IMG/VR virus record: IMGVR_UViG_3300044846_003474
Coordinates: 32,001-96,000 of that record
Source: a virus
Lineage: Duplodnaviria > Caudoviricetes
DNA: 64,000 nucleotides
Strand: one strand, 5' to 3'
How positions within the stretch are numbered: position 1 is the stretch's first letter; each line of letters begins with the position of its first letter. This document shows positions 28,012 through 36,314 of the stretch, piece by piece. The translations under genes and the position numbers were made by a program. Under the pieces are notes generated by a model. The model ran no database searches and was not told the origin of the DNA. It saw nothing but the letters and a program-made list of their open reading frames with translations.

Positions 28012-28182
28012 TTACTTTTTTTTGTTTATAATTGACCAAATAGCTCCCGTTAAAGTTAAAATACCACCTGTTAATTCAGTAAACAGACTTTCGTCTATAA
28101 GGCCTTTTGTAATTAAAATACCACCGATAAATGTTAATGAGTGTCTTACAATACCTAAAAGTTGTTCTTTAGAAAATTTCAT
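28012..28182 (-). CDS. small 2-TM membrane protein, putative holin (56 aa, not in track)
   Basis: MKFSKEQLLGIVRHSLTFIGGILITKGLID....ELTGGILTLTGAIWSIINKKK; TATTTAT motif upstream. Confidence 0.6.
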   Translation of the reverse strand: MKFSKEQLLGIVRHSLTFIGGILITKGLIDESLFTELTGGILTLTGAIWSIINKKK

Positions 28183-28450
28183 AATTTTGTTTTTTATAGT
28201 TTATTTATAACAATAAATATATCAAAAACATTATTTAGACCATTTATCTTTTAAAAATAAATAAGTATATATTGATAATATAATAATTGGAGTAAGGATT
28301 GAGACAATTATTTCTGATGTCATAATTATTGTTTTTATATAAACGTAAATAAAATTTTAAAGTTTTAGTTAATTAATATTGATGTAAAAATAGTTTTTAT
28401 TAACCAAGCATTAATTAATATTGTGGACCATATGAGATAAAAGCCCTAAG

Positions 28451-28540
28451 TAATCAAAAAAGGATTCGAACCAATACAACCGTTTTTAACTCGGTCTCCC
28501 CAATAAGATGGGTAGCGTCTACCAATTCCGCCATTTGATT
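28451..28540 (-). pseudogene. tRNA-Leu-like element with aberrant anticodon and T arms
   Basis: AATCAAA/TTTGATT acceptor, Leu-type D arm TGGCGGAATTGGTAGACGC, GGTTCGAATCC; anticodon arm does not fold canonically. Confidence 0.55.
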
Positions 28541-28546
28541 ATAACA

Positions 28547-28819
28547 TTATTTTAACTCCTGAACTTGTTCCATAATGTTGGTAACTTCTTCTCGGCTCAA
28601 GTACCCAATAACATCATTTGTTACAGGAGTATCATAAGTTAAGTCACCATCTTTACCAAGAACCGCAATCTCAAACAAACCATTTTTACTACCATATGAA
28701 TGTGTGTGACATACAACAGATACACCGTATCCATTTTCAAACACCATTTTACACTTCACCCCAATTTGGTATGGAGAATCTTTAATTTCTTCAAACTCTA
28801 AATCTTCAAATTTTTTCAT
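28547..28819 (-). CDS. conserved phage hypothetical protein
   Basis: FENGYGVSVV..SYG...GLFEIAVL. Confidence 0.7.
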   Translation of the reverse strand: MKKFEDLEFEEIKDSPYQIGVKCKMVFENGYGVSVVCHTHSYGSKNGLFEIAVLGKDGDLTYDTPVTNDVIGYLSREEVTNIMEQVQELK

Positions 28820-28831
28820 AATACTTATTTT

Positions 28832-29356
28832 TTATTTTACTAAATATCTGTAGTGTGGTCTTTGGATCTCACCTGATGCGATGATCGTGAATGCTCTTAC
28901 CGTTTTCTCACCGTCAGTCAATGTGGTGTTGATGTTAACACCGATGTGAGAAGTCTCAACAACAAGTTTCTCTACGATCAAACCTTTTTTCTCAATTCGG
29001 TTTGCAAGTTTCACGATAGATCCTTCGTAGTGTAACTCAGCTTTTTTCTCTTCAGCCAACATGAATCCCTCAACACCCATTTGTTTAACTTTTGACGCTT
29101 TGTCTTTGAAGTTATTGTACTCACGACTTTGTTTAGAGTTGTAAAACCCTCTTGGGAATGACTTGAACTCAGAAGGTCTTCCTTCGTTATAAACATCTTG
29201 TGTCAATCCAAAAAAGTTACACCATTGAAGGTTGTCCCAACCTGATCTCACCATAATTGCGTCGAACTGATCTTTCGCCCACTCTTTAGTTTTAGCAATG
29301 TACTGAACTTTTAATGTTTCAGTCTCTGTCTTCAAAATGTTTATCAAGTTTTCCAT
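28832..29356 (-). CDS. hypothetical protein
   Basis: 174 aa; TATCTTTG box upstream. Confidence 0.7.
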   Translation of the reverse strand: MENLINILKTETETLKVQYIAKTKEWAKDQFDAIMVRSGWDNLQWCNFFGLTQDVYNEGRPSEFKSFPRGFYNSKQSREYNNFKDKASKVKQMGVEGFMLAEEKKAELHYEGSIVKLANRIEKKGLIVEKLVVETSHIGVNINTTLTDGEKTVRAFTIIASGEIQRPHYRYLVK

Positions 29357-29427
29357 ATCTCTCGTTGTTTGTTTAACAAAGATATAACTTTTAATTCAAT
29401 TAGCAATGAAAATTATTCATTATTTTG

Positions 29428-29500
29428 CGGTCCCGACGGGATTCGAACCCGTATCTCGCACCGTGACAGGGTGGAATTGTAACCATTCAACCACGGGACC
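29428..29500 (-). tRNA. tRNA-Asp(GTC)
   Basis: GGTCCCG/CGGGACC acceptor, anticodon loop CTGTCAC, GGTTCGAATCC. Confidence 0.92.
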
Positions 29501-29580
29501 AAGTTTATCAGTCTTTCCTGATCGTCACCCCTAACCCACAGGTATGAACCCGTATCGTAGTAAAGCTTGGTTGGCTATAG

Positions 29581-29652
29581 TAGTCCCACCGGGAATCGAA
29601 CCCGACTTTCCAGGATGAAAACCTGACGACCTAACCGATAGTCGATGGGACC
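29581..29652 (-). tRNA. tRNA-Glu(TTC)
   Basis: GGTCCCA/TGGGACT acceptor, loop TTTTCAT, GGTTCGATTCC. Confidence 0.92.
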
Positions 29653-29724
29653 AAAAATAAGGGTAGACACGGGCCTAGCTAGCCATCTTTCAGGAAAGTC
29701 CCTTACGAATATTCTACCCTTTTG

Positions 29725-29798
29725 TAGTTAATACTGGACTCGAACCAATGACCTATTCCGTATCAGGGAATCGCTCTAACCAACTGAGCTAATTAACT
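29725..29798 (-). tRNA. tRNA-Ile(GAT)
   Basis: AGTTAAT/ATTAACT acceptor, ATTCC-CTGATAC-GGAAT anticodon arm. Confidence 0.9.
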
Positions 29799-29874
29799 AT
29801 ATTTTCGTCTTTCCGAAGTGTCAATACGGATATTTTGTGTACAATTCAGGACTCTCGTATTGCTTCCTTAGTTG

Positions 29875-30028
29875 TAGTCAGGACAGGAATCGAACCTGTA
29901 TGAACACTTTGAATTTTACCTACGCACTGTGAGGTAGTGTTCTTCATCATTCGCATTGCCTTTTCAAAATGCACTTATTCAAGGATGCCGTGCGTGTCAC
30001 TATGTGTCTACCATTCCACCACCTGACT
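29875..30028 (-). ncRNA. 154-nt tRNA-like RNA with an expanded central region
   Basis: Perfect AGTCAGG/CCTGACT acceptor, Leu-type D arm and ACAGG-TTCGATT-CCTGT T arm, with ~100 nt where the anticodon/variable arms should be. Confidence 0.65.
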
Positions 30029-30038
30029 ATTTCTTTTG

Positions 30039-30112
30039 GGTGAATGGTGGGTTACGATCCCACTACCTTCGGTTCCACAAACCGACACTCTTCCGATTGA
30101 GCTACACACACC
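30039..30112 (-). tRNA. tRNA-His(GTG)
   Basis: G-1 and C73, TCGGT-TTGTGGA-ACCGA anticodon arm; atypical T-loop ATCGTAA. Confidence 0.85.
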
Positions 30113-30218
30113 ATTTATTTGTGATACATAGTTGACACACACTCTCGTTTCACCATCTTGTGCCAACAGGTTAATGTACTTTACGAGTTTCCCGTTTCTT
30201 ACTCTCACTTGTCTCCTA

Positions 30219-30251
30219 CAAAGATATGTAATTACTTTTGATTTGCCAAAC
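30219..30251 (-). promoter_or_regulatory. Bacteroidota sigma-A promoter for the tRNA cluster
   Basis: Minus strand TTTG-N20-TATCTTTG. Confidence 0.75.
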
Positions 30252-30271
30252 AATTTGTAAAATATTTTTTA

Positions 30272-30769
30272 TTATTTTACTTCAAACGCATGAAGTAATA
30301 TACGTTTTTTCTTGGTTGAATCCTCGTGGTTACCGATCACCACACCATCTTTGATTGTGAAGGCGTGACGGCTAACTAACATAAAGAATGTCCCAACAGG
30401 GTTTTGTTTTGTAAACGTACCCACAGTCATTTTACGGTTAACTTTTTCACCCTTTACGTTAACAGTATACTCCAAAGTGTGTCTACTACGGTAATTGTTT
30501 AATTTACCAATACATTTAACTTTTTTGTAATTTACTTGATTTCTATTTTCTGCAAGTTTGGTCATTTTATCTACGGTACCATACGTCCCTTTACGATCTC
30601 TACGACCAAAATTTTCTCTAACGTATTTGTGAGCGTAATCGTAAGACACATCAAAACAAGATGCAAATGCTCTTACAACACAGTCGTTGGTTTCACGTTT
30701 TGCAATTACGGATTCTTCATAACCTTTGATTGCTTTTTCTGTAGTACAATATGGTAGTGTGTCTTTCAT
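30272..30769 (-). CDS. hypothetical protein (DCVVRA...HAF, possible papain-like/C39 fold)
   Basis: Start likely ATG 30769 right after a promoter-like box; Cys and His candidates. Confidence 0.6.
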   Translation of the reverse strand: MKDTLPYCTTEKAIKGYEESVIAKRETNDCVVRAFASCFDVSYDYAHKYVRENFGRRDRKGTYGTVDKMTKLAENRNQVNYKKVKCIGKLNNYRSRHTLEYTVNVKGEKVNRKMTVGTFTKQNPVGTFFMLVSRHAFTIKDGVVIGNHEDSTKKKRILLHAFEVK

Positions 30770-30969
30770 ACTGTAAAGATACGAAATCTTTTTCAATTGG
30801 CAAAATGGTTAATCATTTTGTTATATATAATTTTTCTTCTGATTCCATCATTTCTTTAATGTATGCTATAAATTCCTCAGAGTTGATAAACTCATTGTGG
30901 ATCTCTTCAAATATATCTTCCATATAATTTTATTTAATATAAAAACCCCCATTTTACAGGGGGTGTTTT

Positions 30970-31689
30970 TTAGTTGTACAACATTTGGATCAACTCTTTG
31001 TCAATCTCTGTGTATTCAGTAGTCTCAGTCCACCCTTGAAAGAAGATACTCTCAGGGTAGTCATAAGAGTCGTTACACAAACCCAATGATTGGGTTAACT
31101 CCTCACGTAACAAGTGTTTTTGACCGTCATTAGTACTTGTTCTATTAACATCAACATACATTGTGGCTTTTGTTAAATTTTCACCTCCGTATGCAATAAA
31201 TAAACCTTGATTGTTTTCAGTATATCCAATAGACTCTTTATCGTAGTTGTTATAATCTTGTTGAGACCCAAAAAGAATGAAAAAATTAGCGTCAGACTCA
31301 TTATCCACAATATTGATATTGATAGTAGAAATAAGTCCGTTCAACTCACTAACAATATCGTTTAATTCTGACATCAAATAATCACGTTTTTCACCAACAA
31401 CATAGATATTAATGTCTTGATTCCACTTTTTTAATGAAGTATTTCCACCATCAAACTCACTTCCGTAAGCCACTTTATTGAAGTACTCTTTTGCCTCAGG
31501 AGAAAATTCTTTTGTTTGGTCACCACCAGAACCAACCGAATTATCCTCGGCAAGAGATTTGTTAATTTCTTTAGAAACTTCTTCTTTAAGATCTGAAAAT
31601 TCATGTCTCATACCTTTGTTGACATCACTGTTAACAAAGAAACAATAGATACTGAAGATTGCGATTGAAACGACTAATAATTTTTTCAT
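30970..31689 (-). CDS. DUF2927-like exported protein (zincin-like)
   Basis: N-terminal signal/TM; HLLREELTQSLGL.ND...ESIF; TTTG-N19-TATCTTTG promoter. Confidence 0.7.
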   Translation of the reverse strand: MKKLLVVSIAIFSIYCFFVNSDVNKGMRHEFSDLKEEVSKEINKSLAEDNSVGSGGDQTKEFSPEAKEYFNKVAYGSEFDGGNTSLKKWNQDINIYVVGEKRDYLMSELNDIVSELNGLISTININIVDNESDANFFILFGSQQDYNNYDKESIGYTENNQGLFIAYGGENLTKATMYVDVNRTSTNDGQKHLLREELTQSLGLCNDSYDYPESIFFQGWTETTEYTEIDKELIQMLYN

Positions 31690-31773
31690 AATTTTTTGGG
31701 GGGGTTTTAAATGAGTACTCTACAAAGATACAAAATTAATTGGGTCTGCCAAACATATTTTAAAAAAAAATAG

Positions 31774-31847
31774 TACACCCGCCAGGATTCAAACCTGGGG
31801 CCTAATCATTAGAAGTGATTTGCTCTATTCGGCTGAGCTACGGGTGC
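31774..31847 (-). tRNA. tRNA-Arg(TCT)
   Basis: GCACCCG/CGGGTGT acceptor, AATCA-CTTCTAA-TGATT arm; variant T-loop TTTGAAT. Confidence 0.82.
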
Positions 31848-31853
31848 ATATTG

Positions 31854-32030
31854 TTAAACTTTTTTAACTTCGTATTTGTGACCTGAATCGGTATTAGTGT
31901 TAAAAATATTAACCATATCTTGAGCCTTATCTTTATTGTCAAATTCCCACACTTCTCCTTGGGTGTCTAATAGAATTACAGGTAATTTCCTGTCATTATG
32001 TGTTTTTACGTGTTTGATTATTATATACAT
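31854..32030 (-). CDS. small hypothetical protein (58 aa, not in track)
   Basis: MYIIIKHVKT..RKLPVILLDTQGEVWEFD...YEVKKV. Confidence 0.6.
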   Translation of the reverse strand: MYIIIKHVKTHNDRKLPVILLDTQGEVWEFDNKDKAQDMVNIFNTNTDSGHKYEVKKV

Positions 32031-32066
32031 AAACCAATCATAAAATAAACAAATTATTATGTCAAA

Positions 32067-33209
32067 TTATTTATTAATTTTTCTAAAAAAAGTCATCGTA
32101 GGATCATTACTCCTCCTATTTTTTTTACCTGGGAAATTTAACTTAACCATTTCTTTATTTGTGATAATTTTTTTATTCTCAGGAGTATTAGTCACCTGTT
32201 TTACTTTAGGTATTGGTTTTGGTATAACTTTATTATTAAGTAAGTTATTAATTTTTTCATAATTAATAGATGAAACTTTCTTTTCTATTTTTTCAACGGG
32301 AGTTTTGACTCTATAATTTTTTTGGTTAAAAACCTTATCCAAAGATTCTTTACGTAATTCTCTAATGTACTTTTCTTGTAACTCTTCTTCACTTTCAACA
32401 TAAGTTTTATCTTCTATTGGTTTGTAAGATAAAATTTGGACTAATTCAGAAATACTTAACGTTTGTGAATTTCCGTCCCCTGGTTTGTAATATAAAATTG
32501 GGACAAATTCAGAAATACTTAACGTTTGTGGATTTCCGTCCCCTTTTTTGTTTTTACTAATTTCCCAATATAATGACCTAAGTTTTGATCCCAAACCTGT
32601 ATCCTCTCTTTTTGTTAAATTTTCAGAATGAATTCTTCGATAAAATAATATTTCATTTGTAAAATGAATTTTTAATTTTTTCTTATATAATCTACCCATA
32701 AAATCTGAATCAGCCGCGCACATCCATGGTTCAAAACCATTCATAGATAAAAACAATGATTTTTTAATAAAAAAAACACCTTCAGCAAACATGGATTTAC
32801 CTTTAACATTATTAACATTAAAATCACCAACAAAGTTTACTAACCTAAACTTAATAACATCAAAATCATTAGATAAATTATTTAAAAATGATATGGAACC
32901 TTTTAATATAACATCATCAGAATCAAAAAATAAAATATTTTCAGAAGACGCAATATTCAACAAACTATTTTTAATTAAGTATGGCCCTTTATTTTCTTTG
33001 AAATAAAATATTTTAATGTTCCCAGGATATAATTTATTTTTGATGTGATCGTATGTTTTTTGACATCCATCAATACCGATTAAAATTTCATATGACAAAC
33101 CACTTGAACTTTCCATAAGTGAGCTTATACATTCATCAATATAGTGAGTGTTATTAAATGTTGGTACTATTATTGAAATGTCGTAATTTTGTTCTTTTTC
33201 CTCCCACAT
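32067..33209 (-). CDS. glycosyltransferase family 2 with basic C-terminal extension
   Basis: ISIIVPTFN, EILIGIDG, FFDSDD, ADSDF motifs. Confidence 0.85.
   Translation of the reverse strand: MWEEKEQNYDISIIVPTFNNTHYIDECISSLMESSSGLSYEILIGIDGCQKTYDHIKNKLYPGNIKIFYFKENKGPYLIKNSLLNIASSENILFFDSDDVILKGSISFLNNLSNDFDVIKFRLVNFVGDFNVNNVKGKSMFAEGVFFIKKSLFLSMNGFEPWMCAADSDFMGRLYKKKLKIHFTNEILFYRRIHSENLTKREDTGLGSKLRSLYWEISKNKKGDGNPQTLSISEFVPILYYKPGDGNSQTLSISELVQILSYKPIEDKTYVESEEELQEKYIRELRKESLDKVFNQKNYRVKTPVEKIEKKVSSINYEKINNLLNNKVIPKPIPKVKQVTNTPENKKIITNKEMVKLNFPGKKNRRSNDPTMTFFRKINK
32417..32542 (-). repeat. ~60-bp intragenic duplication (GDGN.QTLSISE.V.IL.YKP twice)
   Basis: Visible in DNA and protein. Confidence 0.7.
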
Positions 33210-33212
33210 AGA

Positions 33213-33851
33213 TTACTTAATTAATGTATCTGTTTTAAATATTGTCGATAATTTGTTATCGTTATGTATTACTAAATGACAAGATCCCTCGTCTAACATA
33301 AATACCTTTTCTCCCATTTTTCCAATATCTTTATGGTTTGCACCTAATAACGATTCGTTACAATGTCTTTGACATAACGACGCAAACATAGACGTTTGAT
33401 TATCCCCATATCTTAAGGACATACGGTATTTTTCATTTTTTAGAAAATCGTATTTATATGGTTGTACGTGTATAACAAATGAATTGTATTTATTGATATT
33501 ATCAACATAAATTTTCTGAATGTTGTCAACGTATTTATTACACATCCAGTCATCACAATCGTGTCTTGTTTGAATGTTTATGTTTTCTTTCTTTACGTAT
33601 CTCACATAATCAGTTAATTTATTCTCAAAAAATATTATTGATGGTCTTTCTTTATTTAATCCCAAACATACTTCATTAATTGTTGAACTTATTAAATCTC
33701 TATGTTCTTCATTTGCAATAACACCTAACGTGAAGTTTTTATTTGTTTGCAATAAAATAGACGGTATAAAAGTTTTTTTTGAGACCTCAAGATATTTTTT
33801 TAATAATTCGTAGTCTGTAAATTTTATTCTCGTTGATATTAAATGTTTCAT
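33213..33851 (-). CDS. putative glycosyl (rhamnosyl)transferase, GT-A like
   Basis: TF.PSI..QTNKNF and TRHDCDD (DxDD) motifs. Confidence 0.6.
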   Translation of the reverse strand: MKHLISTRIKFTDYELLKKYLEVSKKTFIPSILLQTNKNFTLGVIANEEHRDLISSTINEVCLGLNKERPSIIFFENKLTDYVRYVKKENINIQTRHDCDDWMCNKYVDNIQKIYVDNINKYNSFVIHVQPYKYDFLKNEKYRMSLRYGDNQTSMFASLCQRHCNESLLGANHKDIGKMGEKVFMLDEGSCHLVIHNDNKLSTIFKTDTLIK

Positions 33852-34726
33852 ATTATAATTTTAATTTCTTTTTTTTCATTATAAACAAAACACCCAAAAA
33901 TTCTTTCCATTGCATGATTAGGAGATGGTTCAGGTACATATCCATATGGTAACACATCAAGTATTTTATCGATATTTTCATTTGTGAAATATTTTTTCAT
34001 AACTATGTTGCTAACCCAAAATGTTGTACCACCAACAAAAAAAGGATTCTTTCCTGTTGGATGTACGTTAATTAGATCATATATTTTCCCCATTTCCATA
34101 TGATTAATATCATAATTATTATTTAATTTAAATCCAATCATTCCACATTTAGGATTTAAAGTAAATTCATTAATAATGTTGTTAACCTGATTTTTATTTT
34201 TTAATACACCATTCATTAAATTTTTAAACCAATCTTCACCTATTTTTTTTGCCTTATCAATACCATATCGTTTTAAGGTGTTAGAAGGGTTTGCCGTATC
34301 ACCTAAACCTTTTTTGGTATGTATTTTAAGTATTATGTCGGTATCAGCATCTACGTGTTTGTAGGTATATAGAAATCCTCCGATGTCCATACCTCTATTT
34401 GGGGATTTTATTATAACAGAATTATCTTTATACAATTTTATTTTATCTATAATATCAATTTGGGTTTGTTTGTAATTTCTTTCTTCTCTTATTCCAAATC
34501 TTAAGAAATGTTTGGTTACCTTATCCTTTGTAAGTAAATTATTTAATGATAAGTCAGGGTATAATCTTAAATATTCTTCCCAATTAAAGTCAGATGGTAA
34601 TTCATTTGGAATGTATCCACCAATATTAACATATAATTTATATGGGTGATCAATATTATTTAAATATTCTTTTATTTCATCCCACATATCATAATGATAT
34701 AGATGAACGCATACGGCAATCTTCAT
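33848..34726 (-). CDS. rhamnan synthesis protein F (RgpF)-like
   Basis: IAV.VHLYH.D.W.EI, NRGMDIGGF, LKIHTKK, FVGGT.FW, HAMERIFG motifs. Confidence 0.8.
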   Translation of the reverse strand: MKIAVCVHLYHYDMWDEIKEYLNNIDHPYKLYVNIGGYIPNELPSDFNWEEYLRLYPDLSLNNLLTKDKVTKHFLRFGIREERNYKQTQIDIIDKIKLYKDNSVIIKSPNRGMDIGGFLYTYKHVDADTDIILKIHTKKGLGDTANPSNTLKRYGIDKAKKIGEDWFKNLMNGVLKNKNQVNNIINEFTLNPKCGMIGFKLNNNYDINHMEMGKIYDLINVHPTGKNPFFVGGTTFWVSNIVMKKYFTNENIDKILDVLPYGYVPEPSPNHAMERIFGCFVYNEKKEIKIII

Positions 34727-34757
34727 AAATTCATTTACAATAAATACACATAAAAAC

Positions 34758-34784
34758 AAAATAGGAACCGAAGTTCCTATTTTG
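34758..34784 (-). terminator. intrinsic terminator
   Basis: AAAATAGGAAC-cgaa-GTTCCTATTTT. Confidence 0.75.
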
Positions 34785-34863
34785 ATAGATAATTGAACGC
34801 CCCCCCTTTCTTTAGATGGTTTATCCTTATTCGGTATCTACACCAAACAAGTGTTTTCAAGTA

Positions 34864-36291
34864 TTACCTAATGTATCTACGTAAATTCTTTTTGATAATT
34901 GAATCTAAGTTTTTGTTGTTGTTTTTATTAATTGTTTCACTAATAACACTTTTAATTGAGTTGTTTAATGACTCTTCTAATGATCTTGGTGTTTGTGTTA
35001 CCGGTTCTCTTATACCATAAGGACTTGTTGATCCTTGTAATTGAGATAATTGAGCTTCAAGGTTTTTTGAGAACATACCTAAACCAACTTTGTTTCGAAC
35101 ACAGGTTCTTACTAATTGTTTAGTTTGTTCCAATTTTTGTGCATATGACGCATCAACTCCAGCCAAATCTAACGCTTCCGCACAATCTTCATCCGTACCA
35201 TATTTTTCACAATTTGATAATTGTTGTATTGCCGCTTGACAAGCCGGTTTATTTGCCTTTTGTTTGTCAAGATCTTTCAATCCTTGTTTTGCTCCACCTC
35301 TTCCTAATTCTTTTTGTTGTGCAACTATATCTTTATATGAAACATTTTTAGCCGCCTTTGCTTGTTCTGGACTCATTTTCCAAATACGTCTTCCTCCATC
35401 AGTTTTAATATATTCCATAACTGCCGAATCACAATATGCTTTTCCTTGTCCATCACATAATGCTTTTAATGTTGTTTCGCTTCTAATTTCCGCAGTACCT
35501 GGTAATGGTCTTGTTCTTGTGAAACCAAGAGTTGATAAGAATGACTCAACCTCTACTGGAATATCATAAAGTTTTTCTTGTGTTCCAACATCTGACCATA
35601 TAAAGAATTTATTTGGTTGTGATTTAAACGGTCCTATTCTTGTCGACAAATTAAATTTATCAATGTAATTAACACCATCATCACCAGTACCTGTTGCCAA
35701 ATCTATTTTCACATAGTTTCTTCCATCTTCAGGTTTTGTTTTGAAAAAACTATATCCAGTGTCTTGAGTACCTAAATCACTTAACAAAGTGTCAATTTGT
35801 TGTTGTTGATCAGCAGTTAAATTATTTCGTTGTGATGCTAAATTTTGAGTTACCTCAAATTCATCGCAATACCAACCATGTGCCGCTAAATAATTTAAAT
35901 TTGGATCGGGACTTGCTTTAACTGCAGTTCTATTAATCGCTAAATAAGCCTTAGGGTTTTTTGCAAGTGCTACGGGATCCGTAGACGGTCTTTCAAACAT
36001 ATAAAGGTCTCTTCCGTCGGGAGTTAATATTTTCATAAAACTATCTCCAGCTTGAACGCTAGGGGCAACTTTACTAAAGGCGTAAAGATAATCTTTACCT
36101 AACTGGTATATTTTGGGGTCACTAACAGTATATCCTTTCTTTGTCCAACAACCAACATTAACAGCTCTTTTTAATGGACTATCAGATACTTCAATAGGTA
36201 GTTCACCTTGTTCAGTTATTAAAGGTTTTACGTTACCCAACTCAGACTCAAGTAGGGACATCATTCTTTTTATTTCGTTATTAATACTCAT
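34864..36291 (-). CDS. leader-bearing hypothetical protein
   Basis: N-term INNEIKRMMSLLESE..LITEQ; C-term LEES..IKSVISE. Confidence 0.7.
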   Translation of the reverse strand: MSINNEIKRMMSLLESELGNVKPLITEQGELPIEVSDSPLKRAVNVGCWTKKGYTVSDPKIYQLGKDYLYAFSKVAPSVQAGDSFMKILTPDGRDLYMFERPSTDPVALAKNPKAYLAINRTAVKASPDPNLNYLAAHGWYCDEFEVTQNLASQRNNLTADQQQQIDTLLSDLGTQDTGYSFFKTKPEDGRNYVKIDLATGTGDDGVNYIDKFNLSTRIGPFKSQPNKFFIWSDVGTQEKLYDIPVEVESFLSTLGFTRTRPLPGTAEIRSETTLKALCDGQGKAYCDSAVMEYIKTDGGRRIWKMSPEQAKAAKNVSYKDIVAQQKELGRGGAKQGLKDLDKQKANKPACQAAIQQLSNCEKYGTDEDCAEALDLAGVDASYAQKLEQTKQLVRTCVRNKVGLGMFSKNLEAQLSQLQGSTSPYGIREPVTQTPRSLEESLNNSIKSVISETINKNNNKNLDSIIKKNLRRYIR

Positions 36292-36314
36292 ATTGCTTTG
36301 TTTTATTTTTAATT

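Noticed and set aside
28022-28210. 62-aa plus-strand ORF
   Set aside because: The opposite strand carries a better 56-aa holin-like gene with an upstream motif
28451-28540. Functional ochre suppressor tRNA
   Set aside because: Needs a mismatched anticodon stem, the T stem is defective, and TAA is the dominant stop in this genome
29501-29580. HDV-like theta ribozyme 3' of a tRNA
   Set aside because: Could not fit the nested double-pseudoknot (P1, P1.1, P2, P3, catalytic C) by eye
30008-30253. 81-aa ORF in the track
   Set aside because: Overlaps tRNA-His, the tRNA-like RNA and their promoter, so it is spurious
30820-30923. ~36-aa acidic ORF on the minus strand
   Set aside because: Too short and featureless to support
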